Origin: Mobula hypostoma
Lineage: Eukaryota
Direction of reading: 5' to 3'
DNA length: 64,000 bases
Assembly: GCF_963921235.1 (NCBI RefSeq)
Contig: NC_086097.1
Location: forward strand, 88,228,001 to 88,292,000
Shown here: piece after piece, positions 51,625 through 64,000 of the stretch
Numbering within the stretch: position 1 is the stretch's first letter
How the letters are laid out: every line of letters begins with the position of its first letter
Translations under genes and position numbers: made by a program
The notes under the pieces: generated by a model
The model's input: the letters and a program-made list of their open reading frames with translations, nothing else
Database searches by the model: none
What the model was told of the DNA's origin: nothing

Positions 51625-52445
51625 CTGATCAACAGATGATTCAATAGCCACAGCTCTACACACCGTCCTTGGACACCTGGAGAAGAGGGATGTGAGAATG
51701 CCGTGCTTGGACTAGAGTTCGGCATTCAACACCATAATTACCTCCAGGCTTGACAAATAGCTCAGAGACCTCTGCCTTTACCCTGCCTTATGCAGCTGGA
51801 TCCTGGGACTTCCTGTCAGATTGCTGGCAGGTGGTAAGAGTGGGTTCCCTCACCTCTGCCCCTCTGACCCTCAACACGGGTGCCCCTCAGGGCTGTGTAC
51901 TAAGTCCCCTCTTTTACTCTCTGTATACCCATGACTGTATCGCCACTCGCACCTCCAAGCTGCTAATTAAATTTTCTGCCAACACTACACTGTTTGGCCT
52001 AATGTCAAATAGTAATGAGGCAACTTACTGAGAAGAAGTTATCACCCTGACATAGTGGTGTCAGGAAAACAATCTCTCCCTCAATGTCGCAAAAACAGTA
52101 GAGCTGGTTGTGGACTACAGGAGGAATGGAGACAGGCTAGCTCTTTTTGACATCAATGAATCTGGGGTTGAGCGGGTGAACAGCTTTCAGTTCCTCGGCA
52201 TAAACATCACCGAGGATCTCACGTGGTCTCTACATACTGAATGTGTGGTGAAAAAGGCACAACAGCACCTCTTTCACCTCAGATGGTTGAAGAAGTTTGA
52301 TATGGACCTCTAGATCCTAAGAACTTTCTACAGGGGCACAATTGAGAGCATCCTGACTGGCTACATCTCTGCCTGGTGTGAGAACTGTACTCACCTCAAT
52401 CGCAGGTCTTGTAGCGAGTGGTGCAGACACAAATGCCCAGCACAT
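51625..52445 (+). mobile_element. Rex1/Babar RT fragment
   Basis: NTGAPQGCVLSPLFYSLYTHDC; VERVNSFQFLGINITEDLTWS. Confidence 0.9.
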
Positions 52446-52949
52446 TTATGTGCAAAGTTGATAAAATTGACAAGCTGAATGTGGATGTATAAAGCAGCCT
52501 TTTACCTTTCCTATCCTAAATAGCTAAATGATAATTATGCTAGCTCTGTAATTGATATAACTGCTGTTTGACTAGGCTGGAACAGTACAGTACCACACAG
52601 GAATAGGTCCTCTACACACAGGCTGTGGAATCGCTTTGAGTAATGAAATTTGGAATGATATAAAGGGCTGACGAGGATAGCATACACCTAATAATTCTAG
52701 CCACTTAGTGCCTAATGGAAGTAAAATGCATAGCTGGTTTCTCATCTCTGTCCAAACTCTCAGGGTCTGTGTGGCATAGGTAGCTTGCCTATCAGTGGGC
52801 TACATCTTGTCACTGAAGGAATAACAAATAGAATGTGAACTGCAGTGGTTACACAACATTTTGATATGTTAAACACCCTTGTTGAAGTTATGTGAGTTTT
52901 TCTTCCATGCTGCATGGGCACTTGACCCCTCTAATCTGAGTACATACAT

Positions 52950-55900
52950 CTATTGCTGCTTCTGGACACATCTTCAGTGATGTTCCTGGAATCACTGGGT
53001 GTTTCGGGCCTTTCAACATCATACAACCTCCTCCAGGTGACCCAGCCGGAGCTGATCAGACCCCAGCTTTTGTCCAGATGGCTAGCTACTTATGACCCCG
53101 TGGCTCCCCTCTTTTGAGCCACAGCCATCTTGAGGCCCTCTCTGCCGCATTGGTGGTACTGCGGATGGCTGTCCTCTTCCTCTCTCCCTCGATGCCCAAA
53201 ACGCTGAAGGCTCTAACTAAAGAATGAGCTACGAATCCCCTACAACCAACCTCCACTGGCAGACACCTCGCTCTCCATCCAGCCTGCTGACAGTTGCTGA
53301 CCAGTCCTGCGTACTTGGAGAGCTTCCTTTCAAAGGCCTCCTCCAAGCTATCTTCCCATGGGACTGTCAGCTCCAGCAGCACCACTTGCTTAGTCGACTC
53401 AGACACTAGGATAATATCTGGTTGCAGGGTGGTGGCTGCGATATGGTTGGGGAACTTCAGCTGCCCTTCGAGATCCACCAACAGCTGTCAGTCCCTTGCA
53501 GAGGTCAGAATGCCTGCAGATGTTCTTTTGGCAGGTATTGGCTGCTCCCCAGCTCTGACAAAGGCAATGGTCTGCTTGGAGGGTCGGGACCGCTTCGCCC
53601 ACTCAACTCCTGCGCTGACGGCTTCAGCAATGGTCTTCAGGACCCGATCATGCCTCCACCTGTACTGTCCCTTACCAAGTGCCCTTGCGCAGCCGCTGAG
53701 GATGTGCTCCAGGGTTCCTCGCTTGGAGCACAGTGGGCACGCAGATGACTCTGCCTTGCCCCATATGTGCAGGTTTGATGGGTTTGGAAGCAAATCGTAC
53801 ACTGCCTGGATGAGAAATTGGATGCGGTGTGGTTCGGCTTTCCAAAGATCAGCCCAGGTCACTTTCCTCTCAACCGTATTCTCCCATCTTGTCCAAGCTC
53901 CCTATTGCTTCATTCCCACCACCTTGCAGGCTCTCATCTCCTCCACTACTGCTCTGACCTCCTCCTGAACTAGATGACGCTTTTCCTTCCCTCTGGTGTC
54001 CATCTGGGGAGTTGGAAAAGGTCCTAGCCCAGCTCGGCCTTGTGTGACCCCTCCCACCAGCCTCCTGTGATGCAGCCTCACCTCTGCCTCCTGAACAGCT
54101 TCCTCTGCCCTCCACTTCCTGCCAGTACTTACTTGGATCCCTGCCCTAGCCACCTTCGGGTCACTTGAGTCCCTATACTGTAGCATTTCTCTGGCTCTTG
54201 TTACCTTGAATTCTTCCTCCAAGGATTTGAAGGGCAGTTGCAGTACGTTGTGGTGTCCATAGAGTGCGATGCTGCTCAGGCTCTTTGGCAGCCCCAGCCA
54301 TCTCCTGAGGTGGTTGCTAACCCTCCCATCTAAGGTTTCGACTGTCGAGATCAGAACTGCATAGACGAGGAGGGGCCACAGGATTCTGGGAAGAATGCCA
54401 TGCTGATACATCCAGGCTTTAAACTTCCCAGGTAGGCCAGACTTGTCCGCAGATTTCAGCCAGCCATCCAACTCGGTGCAGGTTGCCTGAATGGATGTTG
54501 TGTCCCTTAAGGAGCTGTCAAAAACTTTGCCTAAGCTCTTGACTGGCTTTTCTGTGATGGTTGGGATGGCTGTGCCTGCGATGCTGAAACGGAACTTGTT
54601 CTCCACCTTCCCTTTCCTCAGCACCATCGATCTTGATTTGGCAGGTTTGAAATGCAGCTGGGCCCACTCCACCAGCTTTTCGAGCCCTTGCAGAATCCTC
54701 CAGCAGCCTGGGACTGATTCTGTGGTGACTGTGAGGTCATCCATGAATGCCCTGATAGGTGGTTGCTGTTGAGCGGAATTCATTCTGGGCCCTCTGCACT
54801 CTGGTTCAGCAGACTTAGTGAGCATGTTCATGGCGAGGGAGAACAGTGTCACTGAGATAGTGCACCCTGTGTTGATGCCGATCTCCACCTTGTGCCAGGT
54901 TGATGTAATTGCTCCTGAAGAGACCCTCATCCTGAAGTTGCTGTAATAATCAGCGATAAGGTCTCTGATTCTGCTGCGGACGTGATATTCGGTCAGCGTG
55001 AGCTGCACCAGCTTGTGCGGAATGGAGCCATATGCATTTGCCAGGTCCAGCCACAACACTGACAGGTCGCCCTTGTTCTCCCTGGCCTCCCTGATGAGCT
55101 GTGTCACCACACCGATGTGCTCCAGACAGCCCGGCATCCCTGAAATACCACCCTTCTGGACTGATGTATCAATATAGGTGTTCTTTGCTAGGTAGGTGCA
55201 CAGCCGGTTAGAAACTGCACTGAAGAAGATCTTCGCCTCGACACACAGCAGGGAGATGATGCGAAACTGATCTATCTGGGTGGCATTTTCCTCCTTCGGG
55301 ATTCACACCCCTTCAGCCACTCTCCACTGTTCTGGGATCTTCCCCCTTCTCCAGAAGGTTCTCAGGATCTTCCGCAGACGCAACAGGAGTTTGGGGCAGT
55401 TCTTGTACACTGTGTACGAGGTGTTGCTTGGTCCTGGAGTCGAGCTTGCCCTTGCTTTGCGGACGACCTCTCTGACTTCCTTTAGTTGCAGCTCTGACAC
55501 GTCGAACTGCACATCCTGTTCAGGTGGGTCTATTAGGATGTCGCACTCTCCCAACTCCTGCTCTCTTTCAGAATCATTATATATCTTCTTCAGATGTTGG
55601 TCTATATCTTCCTGCGAACAGGCCAGTTTCCTACTGCGCTTCTCCTCCAGCAACTCCTTGGTGAACTTGAAGGGTTTGGCGATAAAGGCAGCACGTTTTT
55701 GAGCCCTTTCACAACATCGCCTCCGATGCCACTCTGCCCGGCGGAGGACCCTGATCTTCTTTCATAGTATGCACATCAGCTGGGCCAAGCCAATGCACTC
55801 CTCTTCTCCTGCTTCCTTGTATTGGGACTTCAGCGCTTTAACCTCCTGCCTGATGTTGTAGATCCTCAGTGCTCTTTGGTTCTTCGAGTAAGGTGTTTTG

Positions 55901-56310
55901 GAGCCTTCCTTCTCTTCTCCGAACCGTTCAGCTGCGATACTGACAATAATTGTTGTCATGGCTTGCATCTTCCTATCCACCCCTCCCTTCACCATTGCCT
56001 CCAGAATTTGGTTAACATCTTCATCAAACTGCTTCCACAGTGAAGTCATGTTAGCTGCAGGCCATTTGATCCGCCTCCTGCTAGACTTCATGTTAGAGGG
56101 ATTAGTTTGCAACACTTGGAGGTTCCAGGCACTATGGGGTGACTCCGGGCCTGGCCCCTCCTTCGTCTCACCAGGTTGGACACCTGCGTGTTGTGCTGCT
56201 CCTGCTCCCGCCAAACACTTCATCCTCGCTTGGTGGATCTTCAAGCCGCGATCGTTCTTGCAGATTTTGCCACATGCACACTGCTTCCTCATCGTCATTT
56301 GTTCATCAAC
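52950..56310 (-). mobile_element. Near full-length HERO-like non-LTR retrotransposon (restriction-like endonuclease), frameshifted
   Basis: N-terminal CACGKICKNDRGLKIHQARMKC zinc finger; RT WLDLANAYGSIPH and AFMDDL; CPLCSKRGTLEHILSGC; RLE PDIILVSESTKQVVLLELTVPWE. Confidence 0.92.
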
Positions 56311-57587
56311 AAGTTATGGCAATAATTAGAATCGTTACAACATAGAGGCAGGGCTTTGCCCCATCTTGCCTTATTTGGTGGATCTTTCTCATCTGTGGAA
56401 GCCTATGGGACAAACACTGGGCAGACTCTATAGTTGAAGGTAGGGAATGGGTAATTCAGACTACCTAATTATCTGCCGGATGGTGGTATGAAATCTATCC
56501 TATACTTTTAAATGAGACCATTTTATCTATAGAATAACTTGATGTCTCAAGAAATGTCTACCACGGTTTTACCAAGTAACCCACCTGGCCCATTTGCCAC
56601 CAGGAATTGCAGTGAAGTACATTTGGTCAAGGCTACTTTATCTACTGTAGTGTTTGATCACCTAGCCCTTCGTCCCCAGGTTGTTTAAACTCTATCCACT
56701 TATCATGCAAGGAATTGCCTGGTCTCTGTCTCAGAAGACGTGGCAGAGATTTGTATTTAAAAGTCGCTTATGTCCATCGGCTTGTCCATAATAGAAAAGG
56801 ATAGGAAAGTTCCTGTCAATGAACCACAGCAAACTGTTTCTGCAGATCTATACATATTCTTTTCTGCTGTGCTGGCCTTTGTATTAATGTGGTAATAGCT
56901 GTATTTTAGAAGCAACCTCTTGATTTACTTCTCCAGTTACTCAGGTAAAGGAATTAGAAAAGATTTGATATTACTATGGGTTCTTAATGTCCAGTGTGCT
57001 GGAGTTTAGGTTAAAACTCGCACCACTCCAGACACCCAGGCCCCAGGCCCAACCCTGTTGAAATGCACTGAACCAGCTCTACATTACCAATCCTTCCTTG
57101 GAACAGCTCAGTCAGCAGCAATGTAAAATTGGGTTCAGATGTGCAAATAATTATGTGGAATGGACAATGTAACTAATGTTGTCCTTCTTGCTTTACTTCC
57201 GCAGATAAAATAGATCTTTCAAAAGTCTGACCACAGGCTACACTTTGTGTTGTTATCAATGCAAATTAAATTTCCTCTAGCTGTTATAGATCATGATGAG
57301 CTATAGTTTATGTACATAATGAAATAATTATGGCAGCAAAATCAGACCGGAATTCTGAATCAAGAAAAGGATTGAATGTTAATGTCAGGGAATATGAAAT
57401 GCATCCCCTTGCACTAAGCTGGCAGTTTGATAGAATGGATTTAGGGCAGTGGTGTTTATCTCTTTTGGACGTGTTTTAGCTTGGCTGACTGAATACAGCA
57501 CTGAAGAGGAAATCTGGGTAAGCTCCACAGGGAATTGATGCCATCCTCAGTTTTCAGCATTTGGAGGAGAAAATAGATAAGACACAG

Positions 57588-57645
57588 ACACAGGCACACA
57601 TGTGAGATGTGCATGCGTGCACACACGTGCACAAGATATGCGTGA
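57588..57645. repeat. Imperfect alternating purine-pyrimidine tract
   Basis: gcacacatgtgagatgtgcatgcgtgcacacacgtgcac. Confidence 0.6.
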
Positions 57646-58069
57646 ACCTACTGAACTCAAGTCTAAACATTGCAAATGGCCAAGGTTACTAGCAGCAAAG
57701 ACTAAATGTAAATTACCACTAGGCTTGAATGTATTCTGTCATTTCTTCAAATTATCTCCATTCAGAAATATTTTTTAACATGCAGTATATATTTTTAAAA
57801 TGCTTAGGATCAGATTACAATAATTACGTTGGCTCTGTGGAGTGAATGTAGATTCTTCCAACAGAATTTTATGCTGCCTGTTTTCTGTAGAGGACCTATG
57901 TTGTTCAGCAGCCACAACATCATCAAACTGGCTGAACAGACAGTCAGATTGTTATCTCTCACCGCTAGCCCAGGGAGTTAATTGAACAAGTTTGATAACA
58001 TTTGTAATCATCTTACAGAAAGGTAAGTCAACATTTGGGCACACATTAGTTTGGAGGAAAGGATGAAAG

Positions 58070-58440
58070 GATAAACAGAAATGGGAGTAGGCCATTCTGT
58101 TGTTCATGCCTGATCTACCATTCAATATGATGGCTGATCATTTACCTTGGGGGCCATCATCTTCAACAAATCCCATATCTCCTGATACCCTTAAAATCCA
58201 AAAATCTATCAGTCAATGTCCTGAGACTCTGCAGCCACATAGGGTAGATAATTCTGAAGACTCCCCACCCTCTGGGGACTCCCTATCTTTCAGTGACCAT
58301 ATTTTGAGACCCTAATGTCTGTTTTCAGGTGCTCTAATCAGGGAAAGTATCATTCATCTAATCAGGGACCTTGCAAGCTTTGTTTCTATGTTATTCTGCT
58401 AAACTTAAGAATATTTGTCCATCTGCTTAACCACTCCTTA
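58070..58440 (-). mobile_element. Old CR1 3' end
   Basis: ggagtaggccatt...ccattcaatatgatggctgatc...aaaaatctatc. Confidence 0.7.
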
Positions 58441-58949
58441 CATTTTTACAACAGAAATGGAGGAAGACAAGGCTGAAGTCTGTGGGCTGGGCCATCTAAT
58501 CCACCAACAAGCAGTTACTGTCTCAAATTCTGGACCAAAATAGTTAATTTAAGCGTTGGACGTTGCCTCTCCAACTAACCATATTTGACACTGCAGGAGA
58601 GTAATGAAATGAATTCGTACTTAGCACTTGGGTTAAGTGTGAAAATGAGCAGGTTGTTCTCCACTCTCTAATCATTGAGCTTAAGACAGAAGGTCATATA
58701 TGAAAGAATCCATTATCTCAAACTTTAGTCAAATTTTTAATCAAGTATTTGGCTTGGTATTTTATAATGATTCTTTCATCTCTTATGATGAAAAGAACCA
58801 TTATAAAAATGCCACCAAATGCTTTCATTTATCAAATTAGTCCTGCAATGCTTGTTTCCAATTAACCTGGATACATTTCCTAATTGAGGTTTTATCCAAT
58901 TTCCTTTAAAATTTCCTACTGGTTTCACAGCCCTGTCACGTGCTTCCCA

Positions 58950-59310
58950 GATCATCGTAATGCAGGCTATCATGGTCTTTGACCCCTAATAGTTCTTGGC
59001 AAATTTTTCTGTAGAAGTGGTTTACCATTGCCTTGGTGAGTTTTTACAAGACAGGTGACCCCAGCTATTAATACTCTTCAGCGGTTTTCTGCTTGGCGTC
59101 AGTGAGTGCATAACCAGGACCTCTGATGTGTACCAGTGCTCGTATGACCATCCACCATTTGCTCCTATGGCATCACATGACCCTGATCAGGGGAGTGGGG
59201 TTGTTGCTAATCAAATTCTACATCTTTCCCAAGGGTGACCTGGAGGCTAGTGGAGGGAAGGAGCATCTTAAACCTCCTTTGGTAGGGACATATCTCCACC
59301 CCGCCACCCA
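58950..59310 (-). mobile_element. RTE 5'-UTR-like or RTE-derived short element
   Basis: Minus strand aaggcaatggtaaaccacttctacagaaaaatttgccaag resembles the Bov-A/RTE 5' UTR motif. Confidence 0.55.
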
Positions 59311-59424
59311 TCAAGCTTACTACAACTGTGTAATAATTGTTAAACTGATTTTTTTAAATGTTGGTAGTGCTTTCTAGAAACTAACTTCCACAGATAGGTT
59401 TTAAGACCAGGTTAAAAATTAATT

Positions 59425-59692
59425 CTGCAGACCTGAGGCCAAGTCTGCTAGAGGCCTACCCTGAGGTGAGCTTGGGTGAGATGGAGTAACAGGGCTTGTT
59501 TTGCTACTCGTGTTCTGTGTTCTACCAAACTTTGTGGGCGTGCTATGTTGATGCCGCATTGCAAGGCGACACTTGTGGGCTGCCTCCGGTACGCCTGAGA
59601 GTCTGTTGCTTGTTAATGCAAGTGATACATTTCATTCTGCCTCGATATACACATGAGAAATATACCTGAATGTTGAATTTTGAATCTTGAAA
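59425..59692 (+). mobile_element. Short retroposon with a Rex1-type tail
   Basis: Ends tgaatgttgaattttgaatcttgaa. Confidence 0.4.
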
Positions 59693-60414
59693 ATTATTTA
59701 CAGCTGCATGTGTGTATTTTTGTGGGTGTGTTTCTATGTGTGCATGTGGATTCCTCTGTGTAGTTTATTAAGGTAGTTATAATTGTAAATGGGAGTGGTA
59801 AATGCAACACCATATCGTAGCTATGTATTGTAGCTACCAAGTACGAAAAGGAATGGAGAGTCCTGGGCTCACATCCTGCTTGTGTTTCAGTTTTCATCAA
59901 TTTACAGTTGACATCAGGCAGAAAATTAATCAAAAATTGTCAAACACTTTTGACCAAATTAAAAAATTATAGCACGGGACCAATTTCAAAGCAATCTCTT
60001 AAGGATGGAAACTGCACTATCAGCGTGCCATTGCATTTGAATCACTTTAAGAGATTATTGTATTACTGTTACTTCTGAGTGCTCATCATTCTGCAGTGTT
60101 TTAGATCTGGGATTGATACATCTGCATTATGCTTTGAAGGAGCATCAGAATTTCAGCTCTGCATTAAGCCTTATACTAAGCCTCTGCTGAGATGTCAGAA
60201 TTTCAAACCCAGCTAGAAATCTACTTACTCATAAACTGGGTTGGGCAAAGAAATGGATTGAGTTTTGTGTGTTGAGACATTCGGTTTGCCATTTAAAGAT
60301 GTAGCCATGACAGAAAATCACCATCTATTCTATTTTCCAGTGTGCTGTCCTCAAATGTATTGGAGAGGTGGGTACTAATTTCCTCTTGCAATGGCCAATG
60401 GCTCTGACCAAACT

Positions 60415-63290
60415 AGAGTCATAGAGCACTATAATGCAGAAATAGGTACTTTGGCTCATCTGTCTGTGGTTGCCTGGTTTTCTGCCTAGTCCCATCGGTC
60501 CACACTTGGACAATAGGCCTCCATACTTCTCTCAGCCATGTATCTATCCAAACTTCTCAAAAGATTCCATTGAATGGCATTTACTGCTACTGGCAGCTCA
60601 TTCCACATTTACACCACCCTCTGAAGAAGTTCCCCCTCAGATTCCCTTTATATATTTTACCTTTCACTCAGAACCTATGACCTTTAGTTCTAATCGCATT
60701 ATCCTGAAAAAGAGAAAGCCCACAAGCATTCTCCCTACCTATATCCCTCATAATTTTATATACCTCTGTCTAGTCTCCCACCATTCTCCTATGGTCCAGG
60801 GAAGCAAGTCCTAGCTAATTCAACCTATTCCAGGTTCTCAAGTACCTGCAGCATCCATGTCCTCAAGTGCTGGCAACATTCATGCAAATTTTCTCTTTCA
60901 AGCTTATTGATAACATTCCTGTGGGTAGGTGAGCAGAACTGCGTACAATACTCCAAATTTTACCTCACCATCATTTATGCAACTTCAACATAATCACCCA
61001 TTGACTACTCAATGCTCTGATTTATGAAAGTGAACATGCCCAAATCTCTTTACAACCCCATCTACCTGTGACATCACTTTCAAGGAATTCTGGGTCTGTA
61101 TTCCCAGATCTCTCTGTTCTACTGCACTCCTCAATTCCCTACCATTCACTGGGCATGTCCTAGCCTGGCTTACCATCCCAAAGTGTATGCACCATCACAC
61201 TTGGATGCACTAAATTCAGCTTGCCAGTTTTTCAGCCGGTCAAGATCCCACTGCAAGCTTTTCATGGCTTTCATGATTGCCCACTACATTCACAATCTTA
61301 GTGTCAGCTGCAAACTTGTTGATCTAATTTACCACATCATCATTCAAATAATTAAAACTTGAGAACAACAATGCAGGCCAGCACAGATCTCACCAGTACA
61401 CTGCTAATCACAGGCCTCCAGTCAGAGGCAACCAGCACGACTTTGGCTGCTCCTGCTAAACCAATGTTGAATCCAATTTACTACTTCATTCTGTATACCG
61501 AGTGACTGAACCTTTTGGACCAACCTTCCATGCAGGACCTTGTCAAATGCCTTGCCAAAGTCCATATAAACAGTATCCACTGCCTTGCCTTCATCAACTT
61601 CCCTAGTGACTTCTTCAAAACTCTGATTGTTTAGACATGTTTCACCATACACAAAGCCATGTTGACTATCCCTAATCATTCCCTCTATCCAAATACTTGT
61701 ATATCTGGTCCCTAATAATGCCTTCCAGTAACTTACCCCTGATGAGTGGGTTACTGATCTATAAGTTACTAACTTATTACATTGTTACTAAACAATGGAA
61801 CATTTGCTAACCTTCAGTTCTCTGGCACCTTACCTGTGGCTAAGAATGTTTTAAATATCTCTATCAGGGACTCTGCAATTTCTGCATTAGCATCACCTCA
61901 TCAGGCTCTGGGAATTTATTCACCACATTTCACCTCAAGATAGCAAGCACCTTTTCTGTAATCTAGATACTCCATGACCTCACTCTTTAGCCTCAGTTCT
62001 GTAGACACTGTCTACCTCCCACGTCGATATAGATGCAAACATTTCATTTAAGATCTCTCATGTTTTTCAGCTCTATGCATATATGATGATATTGACCTTC
62101 AAGAGCACCATTCTGAAATTTCAAAGATTCAAAAGATTCAAAAAAAACTTTGTCATTCTAACCATACATCAGCTCTGCAGGGCAGAATGAGACAGCGTTT
62201 CTCAGGGGCAGTGCAATCATAACATAACAAACGCAGCACTAAATAATAAACATAACAATAAATAGTAAAACACAACAGCCACATGTCCGTTAAAATCAGT
62301 TATAAGTGCCCAGTGCAAGTTAAAAGTGTCCAAAACAGAGTCAGGTGGAGCAGCTATTTAGCAGTCTGACTGCCTGTGGGAGGAAGCTGTTTAGTAGCCT
62401 TGTGGTTTTAGTTTTGATGCTCCTGTAACGTTTGCCTGATGGCAGAAGAACAAACAGTTCATGCAGAGGGTGTGAGGGGTCTTTAATGATGTACCGTGTC
62501 TTCTGGAGGCATTGACTCTGAAAGAGGTCTTGGACAGAAGGTAGGGAGACCCCAATAACCTTCTCTGCTCCCCTAACCACCCTCTGCAAGGCTTTTTTGT
62601 CGACAGCACTGCAGCTGGAGTACCAGGTTGTGATGCAAAAGGTCAGCACACTCTCAACCACGCCTCTGTAGAATGTAGTTACGATGTTAGTGGAGAGTGA
62701 TGCTTGTTTAAGCTTCCTCAGAAAGTGCAATCTCTGCTGGGCCCGTTTCACAATCCCAGTGGTGTTCCTGGACCAGGTGAGATCGTCCGAGATCTGCACC
62801 CCAAGAAATTTGATGTTTTCCACTCTCTCCACTGTGGAGCCGCTGATGCTGAGGGGTGTGTGCTCAGGCTGAGACCGTCTGAAATCGACGATCATCTCCT
62901 TGGTTTTGGTGACATTAAGCATCAAGTTGTTATCCCTGCACCAGCTCTCTAGGTGTTTGATCTCCTCCCTGTACATAGTTTCATCATTTTTGCTGATGAG
63001 CCCCACCACTGAGGTATCATCTGCAAATTTAATCATCAGGTTCTCCTTGAATCTGGCTGCACAGTCATGTGTTAGCAGTGTAAACAGCAATGGGCTAAGC
63101 ACACAGCCTTGTGGGGATCCATTTGCAATCAGTTTGCTTTTAATGTAGCTATAGAAGCCCTTGGGATTCTCTTTCAACTTTTCTGCTAGAGCAACCTCAT
63201 GTCCTCTTAATTCTCCAGATTTCTCTGAAGTGTTCTCTTGCATTTCTTATACTCTTTGAATACCTCACTTGATCCTAACTGCCTGTACAC
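60415..63290 (-). mobile_element. Old CR1 LINE split by a Rex1 (pieces 60415-62115 and 63121-63290)
   Basis: IRDSQHGFV...KAVDTVYMDFGKAFDKV; RGHEVALAEKLKENPKGFYSYIKSK. Confidence 0.85.
62120..63120 (-). mobile_element. Young 5'-truncated Rex1/Babar LINE
   Basis: Uninterrupted GSPQGCVLSPLLF...KFADDTSVVGLI...LPSGKRYRSIKTKTTRLLNSFLPQAVRLLN; ttcaaaga tail. Confidence 0.95.
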
Positions 63291-63669
63291 AATAATACAC
63301 CTGGAGGAACTGACAGTTTTAATATCAGAACCTAACTTGTGTAATTTTTCATTGACTTCTTCCTGTCACCAGGTTGGTTTGAACTTCTGGCCAATAGGTG
63401 ATATACTAACAACAGTCAGGGAAATATGAGAACTATGAATGAAATGGGCGAGGGCAGGGTGTTGAGTTGTAGGTATATGATATGGAGGATTGAATGATGA
63501 GAGTGTACTTCCTTGGGCTTGTTCTCCCCCTTTTGGATAAGCTTTAGCCAAAGTGAAAAATCGGCTCCATTTACCCTCTTGTATTAATTGAACAGATCAT
63601 ATAGTACTGTTTAGAATTGGTGAAGGGAGTTCTCGCTCATGGATTGAATAGATCATTTGGCTCTGTTTA

Positions 63670-63755
63670 CAGTTGGTAAGGGGACATCTCCAACATGACC
63701 TGGCCAATATTTATCCCTTAACTGCTATCCAGATGTAAACAATTGTCTCATTTAT
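63670..63755 (+). mobile_element. Deu-domain SINE relic
   Basis: cctggccaatatttatccct is the most conserved word of the Deu domain (from memory). Confidence 0.5.
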
Positions 63756-64000
63756 AGGACCTCTTGCAACCCTATGGCTGGGTTTTCTGCTTTATGGAAG
63801 TAACTGCACATCAATGTTCCGATGGTACCCCGAGGTTCTGGAAGCTGCTGTACAAAGATTCTTTTCATCAATATATCATTTCCTTTGAAACCTTTGAGAT
63901 AACTGATTATAATTTTAAAGCACTTCATAATTAGCTTGTGTTTACATGCCTTCAGATTACAAATTCTGTGCTTGTTTTCTGGCATCGAAGCACAATTAAA

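Noticed and set aside
53294..56329. Long plus-strand ORFs over the HERO-like element (and similar ones over Nimb and CR1)
   Set aside because: Antisense shadows of retroelement coding frames
60150..60260. Faint similarity to ancient SINEs (LF-SINE or Deu type)
   Set aside because: Only short words match from memory; not supportable
63758..63934. Possible coding exon after an acceptor-like ttatag
   Set aside because: No recognisable protein in any frame, and the acceptor lies in a SINE relic
1..64000. Prokaryotic-type systems (CRISPR, operons, retrons), rRNA or tRNA genes
   Set aside because: No regularly spaced repeat-spacer arrays, dense ORFs or RNA gene folds; all RT sequences belong to eukaryotic retrotransposons

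Overview
Eukaryotic, AT-rich, repeat-dense genomic DNA with no recognisable host protein-coding exon (intronic or intergenic). The repeat mix (many CR1 and Rex1/Babar LINEs, HE1/V-SINE and Deu-type SINE relics, Penelope-like fragments) points by inference to a cartilaginous fish, probably a ray. Main elements: a full-length, frameshifted I-group (Nimb-like) LINE with a 13-bp TSD at the centre of a ~550-bp palindromic element whose arms carry outward-facing CCAAT/TATA motifs; a near full-length HERO-like RLE retrotransposon; an L1-clade insertion with a 5' inversion; a solo LTR; a Tc1 deletion derivative; tiny hAT MITEs; and Penelope-like terminal repeats carrying minimal hammerhead ribozymes. 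One of these is a TSD-bounded snap-back insertion that folds exactly at the predicted ribozyme cleavage site. Family names come from recognised motifs, not database searches. Boundaries of old fragments are approximate.
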